Assembly (NCBI GenBank): GCA_003551495.1
Contig: PUMT01000010.1
Location: 1 to 62,749 of the forward strand
Direction: 5' to 3'
Source of the DNA: Bacteroidota bacterium
GTDB lineage: Bacteria; Bacteroidota; Bacteroidia; Bacteroidales; PUMT01
Length of the DNA: 62,749 bases
Under the pieces are notes generated by a model. It did not search any database, had not been told where the DNA came from, and was given only the letters and a program-made list of their open reading frames with translations. The position numbers were made by a program, and so were the translations under genes. This document shows, in pieces, positions 50,703-61,818 of the stretch. Positions within the stretch are counted from its first letter, which is position 1, and every line of letters starts with the position of its first letter.

Positions 50703-52805
50703 ATGAGATCATTATTCCTGATGTTTTTACCATTGATTCTTTTCATGGGTGGATGTGGTGACCCGGGATTGAGGGACAACCCATTCCTGACAGACTACAA
50801 TACACCCTTTGACGCTCCCCCGTTTGACCGGATTGATGATGAGCATTACCTTCCTGCGCTGGAAGAAGCAATAAGACAGCACAGGGACGAAATTGATGCA
50901 ATAATCGATAATCCCGAAGAGCCAACATTTGAAAACACAATCGTTGCCTATGACAATGCCGGCGAGCTCTTAAGGCGTGTAAATTCCGTATTCGGAGGTG
51001 TCAGAAGCGCAGAAACAAATCCAAGGCTTCAGGAGATAGCCCGTGAAACAACACCAATGCTGTCATCTCACAGCAATGAGATAAGCATGGACCAGGATTT
51101 GTTTGAGCGTATCAGAACTGTTTACGAAAACAGGCACGATAAGGATCTCGACCGTGAGCAGATGAGGCTCGTGGAAGTGTATTACCGTGACTTTGAGAGG
51201 AACGGTGCGGCACTCCCTGAAGAAGACCGCGAATTGCTGAAGGAACTGAATGAAAGGATATCTATGATATCCCTTCAGCTTGGAGAGAATGTGCTTGAAG
51301 AAACAAACAATTTCATCCTCGTTATGGAAGATGAAGAAGACCTGGCAGGACTGCCTTCAGGGGTTATCTCGGCGGCAGCAGAAGCAGCCGAGAGGGAAGG
51401 ACTGGAAGACAAATGGGTTATAACACTTCACAAGCCGAGCTGGATACCTTTTGTTACCTACTCTGAAAGAAGAGACCTGCGTGAAGAGATCTTCACAGCA
51501 TTCATAAACCGGGCCAACAATGATAATGACTACGACAACAAGGATCTGTTCGCTGAGCTTATACAGCTCCGCAACCAAATGGCACGCCTGCTCGGTTTTA
51601 ATAATTATGCGGAATACTTCCTGGACATCCAGATGGCTCAAAACCCACAGAATGTATACGACTTCCTTGATGAGATATGGCCTCCTTCCCTGAACAGGGC
51701 ACATATGGAGATAAGGGACATGGAAGCAATAATTGAAAGGGAAGGACATGGTATCAGTTTAGAGCCATGGGACTGGTGGTACTACGCTGAGAAAGTGCGC
51801 CAGGAAAAATATGAGCTTGACGAGGATGAGCTGGGCCCCTATTTTACAATTGACAATGTAAAGGAAGGGAACTTCATACTGGCAAACAAGCTGTTCGGAC
51901 TGACTTTTGAAAAACGTCCCGAAGTTCCCGTATACCATGAAGAGGTGGAAGCTTACGAGGTTTTTGACTATGACGGCAGCCACCTTGGTATTCTCTTTAT
52001 TGACCCCCATCCCAGACCCGGCAAAAGACAGGGTGCATGGTGCGGTACTTACCGCTCGGGCTCCTGGGAAAACGGGGAAAGGATCTCCCCAATTGTCACT
52101 ATAGTTATGAACTTCAGCAGACCCTCAGGAGGCAGGCCGGCTATGCTGAGCTGGAGCGAGGTCACAACTTACTTTCACGAATTCGGGCATGCTTTGCATA
52201 ATTTCTTTGCTGAAGGCAGGTACAGGAGAACTGCAAGGAGCGTACCGAGGGATTTTGTTGAGCTTCCCTCACAAGTACTTGAGAACTGGGCAGGTGAACC
52301 TGAGATGCTGAAACTTTATGCCAAACATTATGAAACAGGAGAGCCTATTCCGGATAATCTTATCGAAAGACTGAGAAGGGCAGAGCATTTCAACCAGGGT
52401 TTTGATATGACCGAGTATCTTGCTTCATCATATCTGGATATGGACTGGCATACAACAGATCACGGTGATGAAATTGACGTTCTTGCATTTGAAGAAGAGT
52501 CGATGAACAGGATAGATCTGCCTGATGAAATAGTCCCCAGGTGGAGAACTACTTATTTCGGACACATACACGGTCCGGGCTATGCAGCAGGATATTATGT
52601 ATACAGATGGGCAGGAGTTCTTGATGCAGATGCCTTCATGGCATTCAAGGAGACAGGCGATCTTTTCAACCAGGAAGTAGCTGAAAGGTTCAGGAAATAC
52701 ATACTTGCCGAAAATGCCCTCTGGGAAGGGATGGAAGCTTATGTGAAGTTCCGTGGAAGGGAGCCCGAGATTGAACCATTCCTGAGACAGAAAGGATTAA
52801 AGTAG
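50703..52805 (+). CDS. dcp: M3 family peptidyl-dipeptidase/oligopeptidase, probable lipoprotein
   Basis: PTFENTI, WDWWYY.EK.R, HEFGHALH, DFVELPSQ..ENW, GYAAGYY.Y.WA.VLDAD; lipobox-like MGGC; start reassigned to 50703. Confidence 0.9.
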   Translation: MRSLFLMFLPLILFMGGCGDPGLRDNPFLTDYNTPFDAPPFDRIDDEHYLPALEEAIRQHRDEIDAIIDNPEEPTFENTIVAYDNAGELLRRVNSVFGGVRSAETNPRLQEIARETTPMLSSHSNEISMDQDLFERIRTVYENRHDKDLDREQMRLVEVYYRDFERNGAALPEEDRELLKELNERISMISLQLGENVLEETNNFILVMEDEEDLAGLPSGVISAAAEAAEREGLEDKWVITLHKPSWIPFVTYSERRDLREEIFTAFINRANNDNDYDNKDLFAELIQLRNQMARLLGFNNYAEYFLDIQMAQNPQNVYDFLDEIWPPSLNRAHMEIRDMEAIIEREGHGISLEPWDWWYYAEKVRQEKYELDEDELGPYFTIDNVKEGNFILANKLFGLTFEKRPEVPVYHEEVEAYEVFDYDGSHLGILFIDPHPRPGKRQGAWCGTYRSGSWENGERISPIVTIVMNFSRPSGGRPAMLSWSEVTTYFHEFGHALHNFFAEGRYRRTARSVPRDFVELPSQVLENWAGEPEMLKLYAKHYETGEPIPDNLIERLRRAEHFNQGFDMTEYLASSYLDMDWHTTDHGDEIDVLAFEEESMNRIDLPDEIVPRWRTTYFGHIHGPGYAAGYYVYRWAGVLDADAFMAFKETGDLFNQEVAERFRKYILAENALWEGMEAYVKFRGREPEIEPFLRQKGLK

Positions 52806-52832
52806 TATTTTTATATAGCATTATGTAGCATC

Positions 52833-52870
52833 AAAAAAAATTGCCCCGAAGTTTTCGGGGCAATTTTTTT
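52833..52870. terminator. Bidirectional rho-independent terminator
   Basis: A-run TTGCCCCGAA-GTT-TTCGGGGCAA T-run between convergent genes. Confidence 0.92.
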
Positions 52871-52896
52871 ATACCTGTATTCAATGATTACAAATA

Positions 52897-54201
52897 TTAC
52901 ATAGCAGCCTGTCTTTGCTTTTCCTTGTACTTCTCATACAGCCGGCGCTGCTTGTCCATCATATCATCCTGTCTTCCCTGAATAAACACCTGTTCCACGT
53001 TGGTCCATAGCTCAACGGGACTCCCGTTTGTGACAATCAGGGTTGCATCCTTACCTACCTCAATTGATCCTACCAGATCGTCAATACCAAGTATCCTGGC
53101 TGCATTAATAGTAAGCGATTTAACAGCTTCTTCCTCAGGCAGTCCAAATGCTACTGCAGAACCTGCATGGTGTGAAAGGCGGAATGCATATGCTGCTGAT
53201 GACTCGCCTCCTATGCAAAACTCCACACCTGCTTCATATAATTGAGCCGGAGTTGTGTATGATTCGTCATAACCTTCCCATAAACGTGCAGGACCGGATA
53301 TTACCGGTGTAAGTATAACAGGAATGTTTTTCTCTGCAAGCTGATCTGCCACATAACCTGCATCCCTTCCTCCTACAAGTACTATCCTGAGTTTTTCCTT
53401 TTCAGCCCAGGCTATGGCAGACTGGATCTGGCGAAGTTCACTTGCCCTTATGAAAAGGGGCATTTCACCCTCAAGCACCGGTATCATTGACTCAAGACGG
53501 ACATCATGTAAATGACGCGGCACATTCCTTTCACCTGCTGCATATTTTACCGCCTGGTACATACGGGCTTCGTCAATGAACTGCTGAAGCTCGTTCAATG
53601 CTTCATCACGGGATCTGGTGTTTCCCATGCCCGGCCAGTTCAACATCATACCTACAGAGGATCTGAGCGTCATTTGCTCCCATGTCCATCCGTTTGTCAT
53701 CATGGCAGCTGCCCTTCCGGATATCAGTCCGCCAGTTGGTGTTGAAACTGCGGTAGTGATGCCGTTAACAGAAGCAGTGGGAACATGCTCGCTTTCAGGA
53801 TGGAAAGCAACCTCTGCCCTTACGTTGGGATTGATATTGCCATACTCATTAAGGTCAACAGTTTCAGTAAGCCTTCCAATTTCGGTCAAACCTAGTGTGG
53901 TACTCGCATGGATAAGTCCGGGATATACATACCTTCCGGTAACATCAATTACCTCAGCACCTGAAGGAATATCAACATTTGTTCCTACTGCGGTAATTTT
54001 GCCATCCTCAAAAAGTACTGTTCCGTTCTGAATTACACCGTCACTCATGGTGTGCACCGTTCCTCCAACAAGTGCTACCGGTCCCTCCTGCGGAGGTGCA
54101 GGTATTTGCGCCTGAACTGCAGGGACGGCAAGCAGTAAAAGAAGCGCTACCGGCAATGTTAGTCCGGTTATTGTTTTAAAAATATTTTTCATTTGTCTCA
54201 T
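52897..54201 (-). CDS. Amidohydrolase-family protein, exported
   Basis: GTVLFEDGKI..VG, VYPGLI, T.NAA.ILG....GSIEVGKDA; HxH motif degenerate (HASTT). Confidence 0.85.
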   Translation of the reverse strand: MRQMKNIFKTITGLTLPVALLLLLAVPAVQAQIPAPPQEGPVALVGGTVHTMSDGVIQNGTVLFEDGKITAVGTNVDIPSGAEVIDVTGRYVYPGLIHASTTLGLTEIGRLTETVDLNEYGNINPNVRAEVAFHPESEHVPTASVNGITTAVSTPTGGLISGRAAAMMTNGWTWEQMTLRSSVGMMLNWPGMGNTRSRDEALNELQQFIDEARMYQAVKYAAGERNVPRHLHDVRLESMIPVLEGEMPLFIRASELRQIQSAIAWAEKEKLRIVLVGGRDAGYVADQLAEKNIPVILTPVISGPARLWEGYDESYTTPAQLYEAGVEFCIGGESSAAYAFRLSHHAGSAVAFGLPEEEAVKSLTINAARILGIDDLVGSIEVGKDATLIVTNGSPVELWTNVEQVFIQGRQDDMMDKQRRLYEKYKEKQRQAAM

Positions 54202-54251
54202 ATCTTCTTATGTTGAATAATTGTATAAAATGTTTTTTTGGAGTAATTTGA

Positions 54252-57242
54252 CTAGTTACGGTTTTCAAGCAGGTATTCAATGAGCTTCATACGCTCTTCC
54301 TGAACCTCTTCACGCTTTCTGGAATCCTCTTCCCTGTCGAAATACTTCCTTCCGTCAACCCAGGTTTGTTTTGCAATTGAAAAAGCAGACATTGGGTTCC
54401 CGTTCCATATAACAAAGTCGGCATCCTTTCCGGACTCCAGCGTACCAACGCGATGGTCAATACCAAGTGCGATGGCCGGGTTTTTTGTGATCAAATCCAG
54501 CGCATCCTCATGTGAAACACCGCTCCTTATTACCTTTCCTGCCTCCCAGTTCATCCTGGTGGCTATCTGGGTATTATCGGAATGAAGAGAGGTAACAACT
54601 CCTGCGTCTATCAGAAGCTTTGCATTATGCAGAATACCGTCATATGACTCCACCTTGAAAGAGTGCCAGTCACTCCAGACAACCGGTATTGCACCGTGCT
54701 CGCGAAGTTCGTCGGCTATCTTGTAACCCTCCAGTGCATGTTCAAATGTCCCTACAGTAAAACCAAATTCTTCTGCCAGGCGCATCATCAAAAGCATTTC
54801 GTCCTGACGATATGCATGAACATGGGTTTTCCTCTCACCGTTAAGCACCTCAAGAAGAGCTTCAAGCTGAAGGTCCCTGCGGGGCGGAATACCGTTACCA
54901 TTGCTTTCCCAATCATTCCATTGTTTTTCATATTCCCTTGCTGCAAGAAAAGCATCCCTCATTATTTCCTCAACTCCCATACGTGTATTGGGGTACTGGT
55001 CAGGCCTTCGAACCACATTTTCCCCCATTGCCAGTTTCAGTCCGGGTGTTGCATCTTCAACCAGAACATCCTCGGGCAAACCTCCCCAGCGCATTTTAAT
55101 TACTGCATCCTGTCCGCCAACCGGATTTGCTGAACCATGGAAAAGCTTTGCTGTGGTGAGTCCGCCCGCCAGAAGCCTGTACATCCATACTGTATTTGGA
55201 TGTATAACATCCTGTATGCGGACTTCAGCGGTCATATTGTAGCCTGTTTCGTTTACACCGCCTGCAATACTTGAATGAAGGTGCGGATCTATGAGTCCGG
55301 GTGTAACATGCATTCCTGTGCCGTCTACCACAACCGCCCCCCTTGGAGCCGATATGTTCCTTCCGACCTCTTCAATTTTTCCTTCCCTCACAAGCAGGTC
55401 AGCGCTTTCCATTCTGCCTTGCGGACCCTGAGTCCAGATTGTTGCATTTTGTACCAGCACATAACGTGGCTGATCGGGAGTGCGCCTTATGCCGTAATCC
55501 ACTGACGGATATAGCGGATCAAGGGCAAGTGAAGGTCTCTCCCTGGCTTCCCTTTCTGTTTCAGCTTCAGGATCAGCGGTTTTAATTGCAGTCCAGTTAA
55601 AGAAAGTACCGTCTCCCTTTTCTCCAATACCTATCATCTCGCCTTCACTTAAGTTGGCTGACAAGCGGACATTACCGGTAAGTCCAAGGTCATCACCCTT
55701 GAACCGGAATGAGATCCTTTCGTTGTCGAACCTTACTGATGAAAGATCTGCACTTTCCTCGCCTATTGAAATAGTACCCGAAAGGCGTGATGGCGTACCT
55801 TTTATTTCCAGTACCGCATTCCTTAAAACATCCCCGTTTTTAACAGTGTATTCGCCACGTGCGTCTTTATCATCCTTTATAACATATCTTTTGCCGTCAA
55901 CCCATACCTGGTAAACCGAGGTATTATCAGCAAAAATATTGCCGTCAGCTATAACCAGGCTTGCAGCCTTGCCTTCCGCAATGGTCCCATACTTATTGTC
56001 CACACCTAGCATGGTTGCCGGAGTAACGGTAAGAGCCCTCAGTGCATCTTCTTCGTTAAGCCCCCGCTTCACGGCAACCCTGAGATGGTTCAGAAAGTCG
56101 CCTTTGTTACGCAGACCTGTTGCAGTAAACGTTACGGGTACACCTGACTGAACCAGTCTGGCAGGATTCTCAGGTTCCAGATACCAGTCCCTTAACTGTG
56201 AAAGCGATGTGTTCATTGCATCCTCAGGCTTTTCAACCGAAGGAGCCTGTCTGAAGTCGAGCGGTACAATTACCGGCAGATTTGTCCTGCTGATGGCATC
56301 TATCCTTTTGTATTCGTCACCGCTGCCAAGTACCCACATATCAAGAGAAAATTCCTTTGATAAATCGTAAGCGCGGAGAAATCCTATCTCATCCGCTGCA
56401 TCGGCTACAAAGGGAGTCCCTTCCCCGACAGCATCTGACAAGGAAGCAAGGGATATATTGAGTTCCGGTTGAGGTATTCCTGTTTGATTTCTGTATGCTT
56501 CGTGTGCACTTTTATACCAGTCGGCATCGTAAAACGACTGGCGCATTAAAGCAACCACACCCATAAGTGATGTTGGATACCTGCCGCCAAGTTCCCTTGA
56601 GCGACTGAATGACAAAACCTGAGCTACATCCTTTTTGGCCAGCAGCATATTTGCATCATCGTCGCCCAGACTTGCAACAGTGCTGTATCCGCGGAAAATA
56701 CCGTGTTTTGGTACTATATGAGCCATAACAATCCCTTGTGAACGAAGTTCAGCAGCAGCATTATTGTCAGGCTGAAATACTGCAGCGCTTCTGTAAAAGC
56801 TTCTCACCTGGGGATTCCAGTGAACCGCAGCCCTTCCCACTTCATCGGTGACCTGTGTTCTCATAATACCCTGTATCATCTCAAGATACTCTTCGGGAAC
56901 ACCTGTAAGGGTTTGAACTCCGGGAGGTGAACCCAGGTCGGGCATACCGATTTCAGAGTACATATCTATAAATCCTGGGTAAACGGTTTTACCCTCAAGG
57001 TCAATAACAGTTGCATCGGCCGGTGGTGAAACCCGGCGGCCTGCCTCTTCTATTATGCCGTCTCGGATAACAATTGTTGCATTATTTACAACATTACCAG
57101 GTTCGGCAACCATGGTGACATTGGTCAGGGCAAACACAGCAGGGGTGTTTTCCCTGACACCAACCACCTGGGCAGTTTGTGAATTAAGGTTGTGAATGAA
57201 CATAAAACTCACAACCACAAGCGAAATAAGAGTTTTTAACAT
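54252..57242 (-). CDS. Double-domain amidohydrolase-family protein, exported
   Basis: Two amidohydrolase units (YPGFIDMYS and TPGLIDPHLHS), HAYR.DE, EHALEGYK, GTLESGKDADFV. Confidence 0.87.
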   Translation of the reverse strand: MLKTLISLVVVSFMFIHNLNSQTAQVVGVRENTPAVFALTNVTMVAEPGNVVNNATIVIRDGIIEEAGRRVSPPADATVIDLEGKTVYPGFIDMYSEIGMPDLGSPPGVQTLTGVPEEYLEMIQGIMRTQVTDEVGRAAVHWNPQVRSFYRSAAVFQPDNNAAAELRSQGIVMAHIVPKHGIFRGYSTVASLGDDDANMLLAKKDVAQVLSFSRSRELGGRYPTSLMGVVALMRQSFYDADWYKSAHEAYRNQTGIPQPELNISLASLSDAVGEGTPFVADAADEIGFLRAYDLSKEFSLDMWVLGSGDEYKRIDAISRTNLPVIVPLDFRQAPSVEKPEDAMNTSLSQLRDWYLEPENPARLVQSGVPVTFTATGLRNKGDFLNHLRVAVKRGLNEEDALRALTVTPATMLGVDNKYGTIAEGKAASLVIADGNIFADNTSVYQVWVDGKRYVIKDDKDARGEYTVKNGDVLRNAVLEIKGTPSRLSGTISIGEESADLSSVRFDNERISFRFKGDDLGLTGNVRLSANLSEGEMIGIGEKGDGTFFNWTAIKTADPEAETEREARERPSLALDPLYPSVDYGIRRTPDQPRYVLVQNATIWTQGPQGRMESADLLVREGKIEEVGRNISAPRGAVVVDGTGMHVTPGLIDPHLHSSIAGGVNETGYNMTAEVRIQDVIHPNTVWMYRLLAGGLTTAKLFHGSANPVGGQDAVIKMRWGGLPEDVLVEDATPGLKLAMGENVVRRPDQYPNTRMGVEEIMRDAFLAAREYEKQWNDWESNGNGIPPRRDLQLEALLEVLNGERKTHVHAYRQDEMLLMMRLAEEFGFTVGTFEHALEGYKIADELREHGAIPVVWSDWHSFKVESYDGILHNAKLLIDAGVVTSLHSDNTQIATRMNWEAGKVIRSGVSHEDALDLITKNPAIALGIDHRVGTLESGKDADFVIWNGNPMSAFSIAKQTWVDGRKYFDREEDSRKREEVQEERMKLIEYLLENRN

Positions 57243-57737
57243 AGCTTTTAATAATTTGTTTTTGGTAAATAATAATATAAAAAATAATATGATCCGGAGA
57301 TTGTCAAAGGTTTAAAGGATATTCCAGACTTTGGAGATATAATTCTTTCAGCATAAAAAAAATACAGGTCTTTCATAAAAGTCAAAGTGAAAAAGAAGGG
57401 AAGCATCAAATATATTAATTATTTAATGAAATTTTTTATGTTTAAAAAAAGGTAGTTTTAATGTATATTTAGACTAAATTATGTTTTGCGATAAAATATT
57501 AATAAATTAGCATACCATTTATTATGGTGGCCTGTTTGAAACATCAAACATTGAATAAAAGCTGCCGGAAAACCGTTACAGCAGGCAACCCCTGCCGGGA
57601 CATTACTTCGCCAAAAAACGCGGGTTTTAAAAGCGAAACTGAAGATCGATTTCCAATATAATTGAACGGTTGTTTGTAATTACCGGGATTTTGTATACTT
57701 ATTGGAAAATTCAGGTTTTTTAAGACAAGAAATATAG

Positions 57738-58802
<1,065 letters not shown>

Positions 58803-58823
58803 TAAACAAGCCGGGTAGACCAG

Positions 58824-58860
58824 AAAAAAAGGGGTTGCATAAACAAAGGCAGCCCCTTTT
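58824..58860. terminator. Probable bidirectional terminator
   Basis: AAAAGGGGTTGC...GCAGCCCCTTTT between convergent gap and siaC-like genes. Confidence 0.7.
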
Positions 58861-58911
58861 ACTTTCAGACCCGGTTTGGTTTTTTAAATGTGGTAAAGCT
58901 TTATTAGGTTT

Positions 58912-59301
58912 TTAGTCAAAGGAGGTTTCTATAAAGTTGAACGGGACCTTGAAATGGGAGCTGAAATATTGTCCCAGCTCCAGTATGTTCTTGTCGTCTT
59001 CTTCGTAATGCCAGTTAATGAGGCATTTGTGGCCATCTCTCGTTTTTGATCTTATCAGATGGAAAAAGTCAAGTAGCGCCTTTACTGAGCCGCTGTTTAT
59101 ATATTCAAAACTGAAATTGAATGTGGTTACATCACATGGTTGTTTGTAATACTCAATCAGGGAACAGTAAATATTACTATAGAAATCCTCCGGATTCTCA
59201 GGAAGGGAACGGCCCTCGAAAGTAAATGTTCCTGTTGAGAAATCGGCCGATACAAAAGGTGTTCTTGGTGACTTTTCTATTCTTAGGTCTTCCATAAACA
59301 T
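58912..59301 (-). CDS. SiaC family (DUF1987) protein
   Basis: TP.V..DF..G...FEGRSLPEN...FY, EYINSGS.K, INWHYEEDD....ELG. Confidence 0.85.
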   Translation of the reverse strand: MFMEDLRIEKSPRTPFVSADFSTGTFTFEGRSLPENPEDFYSNIYCSLIEYYKQPCDVTTFNFSFEYINSGSVKALLDFFHLIRSKTRDGHKCLINWHYEEDDKNILELGQYFSSHFKVPFNFIETSFD

Positions 59302-59311
59302 CTAACTCTGC

Positions 59312-60553
59312 TTATTCATATCTTAAAGCAACAATAGGATCAAGGCGTGATGCCTTAACAGCAGGGATATAACCAGAGGCCAGTCCAACACCCAGGCAAA
59401 GGGCAACCCCGCTTATAATCCATACCCAGGGAATGACAAAAGGAGATCCTGTAAACAATGATACAACATTCCCTATCAGTATTCCAAGAAAAATCCCGGC
59501 TGCCCCGCCAATCTGTCCTATAAGAATAGCTTCAAGCAGGAACTGGTTTTTTATTGCTCCGCTTTTTGCACCTATTGCTTTCCTGACCCCTATCTCCATA
59601 GTCCTTTCAGCAACAGAAACAAGCATTATATTCATCAAGCCGACTGCCGCACCGAAAAGTGTAATAATTCCAATAAAAGTAGCTGCAAGAGTAACATACC
59701 TGATATTTTCAATAAGCATATTAACCAGACTGTCACTCTTAACCACCCTGAAGTCAGCCTGATCTTCCGGGCGCAGGTTCCTTACTATCCGGAAATGCCC
59801 TTCTGCTTCTCCTGTAGCCAGATCCAGAAGGTTAGGCCTGTCAGGCATAACATTTATTGAAAAGTTCATATTGGGTCTGGAAAAATATTGCCTGGCAACC
59901 GAAACAGGTATCAGAACCATGTTATCACCTCCAATAAGACTGGTTCCCCTTTCAGATAGAACTCCCACGACCCTGTACCGGGAACCACCTATGACAATAT
60001 GCTTGTCCAGCGGGTCAACTCCTGAATCGAATATGCCCCGGACAACCTGGCTGCCCAAAACGGCAACATTCATCCCTTTCTCCACGTCATGAGAGCTGAT
60101 ATTTCGTCCACTTGACAGGTCATAACCGGAAGTAAACAGGTAATTATCATCCACTCCTATAACATTAACGGTGGGATTGCTTTCGTTTGAGCCGTAACGT
60201 ACTATGGCCGAACCAGATGCCTGAGTGGATATTGAAACTGTTGCTGGAAAATCAAATCTTTCCTTGAAAGCCCTTGCTTCATTGAAATTGATAAAAGCAT
60301 AATTCCTAACCCTCTGCCTGTCGGTTGTCATAGTGGTAACAGTCCTGCCCTGAATGGTAAAAGTGTTTGCACCAAGTGTCATGAATGAGGTGCTTATGGA
60401 ACTCTTTATTGCATCAATTGCTGTTAGAATACCAACGAGGGCCATTATACCTGTAGCAATAATAAAGACAGTCAGGATAGTGCGCAACTTGCTGCTGCGT
60501 ATAGCCTGCAGTGAAATCCTTATATTTTCTAAAAACAATAAAATTTTACGCAT
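59312..60553 (-). CDS. MacB/FtsX-type ABC transporter permease
   Basis: LRTILT, MNIMLVSV.ERT.EIGVRKAIGA, PA.KASRLDPI.ALRYE. Confidence 0.92.
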   Translation of the reverse strand: MRKILLFLENIRISLQAIRSSKLRTILTVFIIATGIMALVGILTAIDAIKSSISTSFMTLGANTFTIQGRTVTTMTTDRQRVRNYAFINFNEARAFKERFDFPATVSISTQASGSAIVRYGSNESNPTVNVIGVDDNYLFTSGYDLSSGRNISSHDVEKGMNVAVLGSQVVRGIFDSGVDPLDKHIVIGGSRYRVVGVLSERGTSLIGGDNMVLIPVSVARQYFSRPNMNFSINVMPDRPNLLDLATGEAEGHFRIVRNLRPEDQADFRVVKSDSLVNMLIENIRYVTLAATFIGIITLFGAAVGLMNIMLVSVAERTMEIGVRKAIGAKSGAIKNQFLLEAILIGQIGGAAGIFLGILIGNVVSLFTGSPFVIPWVWIISGVALCLGVGLASGYIPAVKASRLDPIVALRYE

Positions 60554-60729
60554 TTCAGAATAATTATATCCGCCTTTACAGGTATCCAGACAAAAGTAAA
60601 AAAAATATCAGAATGTAATATACCATTATTAAACGATTATTATACATGGGAGGTATTTGTAATATGACATTTTAAGGTATTTTTTTAATGCAATTGCAGA
60701 AAAACTATTTTTTTACATCTTTACATATT

Positions 60730-61806
60730 ATGGAAACAGAAAAGCGTATCAAAGCCTTTGTAAGACTGGGATGCTTTTTGCGTCAGTTCGGCACATCCGG
60801 TGAAAATAAGGATAGTGAAAAGTGGCTTGAAAAACTGAACCTGGAGTTCATGGCAAAAGCAAAAGAAACTATATCTGAAGCAGCTTTTTACAATCCCTGG
60901 TTTACAGAAAAGAATACCCTACGAGCACTTGCCTCGGCCGGAAAAATGCTGAAGCAGGAAAAACTTGAAAAATGGCTTTCCCGGTACCCCCTTAAAAACC
61001 ATAATTATTCCAAAAAGAAAATCGCGGTTGTTATGGCCGGAAATATTCCGATCGTGGGGGTCCATGACATGCTTTGTGTGCTTGTTTCAGGACACACCTT
61101 CTACGGAAAGCTTTCATCAAAAGATGACAAGCTTATGCCTTTACTTGCATCAATTATATGCGGAATCGAACCCGGATTTAAAAATGAGATATTTTTTGAG
61201 AAAAGCATGATGAAAGATTTCGATGCTGTAATTGCAACAGGAAGCAATAACTCTGCACGCTACTTTGAATACTATTTCGGGAAACACCCTAATATTATAA
61301 GAAAAAACCGGAACTCAGCCGCCATATTAAACGGAAGCGAGACCCGTGAAGATCTTGAAGGGCTTGCTGATGACATTTTCAGGTATTTTGGACTGGGATG
61401 CAGAAATGTTTCTAAACTTTTCGTCCCTGAAAATTACGACTTTTCATACCTGATAAAAAAATTTTCCGGGTTTTCAGGCCTTTCAGACCACAACAAATGG
61501 GATAACAATTACCGTTACAGGAAAACTATTTTACTAATGAACAATATTCCCCACTATGATACAGGCTTTGCCCTGATTAAGGAAGACCCGTCCCTCTCCT
61601 CCCCCGTCACCGTTGTCCACTTTGAATATGCCGAAAACGAGGAATCTGCATGGGATATGCTTGAAAAACAGAAAAACAGTATTCAGTGCGTTGCCTCGAA
61701 GAACAAGGGGCGTTTCAGCAGCGTACCTTTTGGAAAAACTCAGGAGCCCGGGCTTTGGGATTATGCTGATAATGTTGACACAATGGAGTTTCTGCTCAAT
61801 ATATAA
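60730..61806 (+). CDS. Acyl-CoA reductase (LuxC-like)
   Basis: VMAGNIP.VG.HD, VIATGSNN.ARYFEYYF, YFGLGCRNVSK, DYADNVDT; start reassigned to 60730. Confidence 0.88.
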   Translation: METEKRIKAFVRLGCFLRQFGTSGENKDSEKWLEKLNLEFMAKAKETISEAAFYNPWFTEKNTLRALASAGKMLKQEKLEKWLSRYPLKNHNYSKKKIAVVMAGNIPIVGVHDMLCVLVSGHTFYGKLSSKDDKLMPLLASIICGIEPGFKNEIFFEKSMMKDFDAVIATGSNNSARYFEYYFGKHPNIIRKNRNSAAILNGSETREDLEGLADDIFRYFGLGCRNVSKLFVPENYDFSYLIKKFSGFSGLSDHNKWDNNYRYRKTILLMNNIPHYDTGFALIKEDPSLSSPVTVVHFEYAENEESAWDMLEKQKNSIQCVASKNKGRFSSVPFGKTQEPGLWDYADNVDTMEFLLNI

Positions 61807-61818
61807 CAATATCTAAAT

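Noticed and set aside
60730..61806. Bioluminescence locus (luxC)
   Set aside because: No luxAB/luxDE nearby; stand-alone LuxC-like reductases are ordinary in Bacteroidota.
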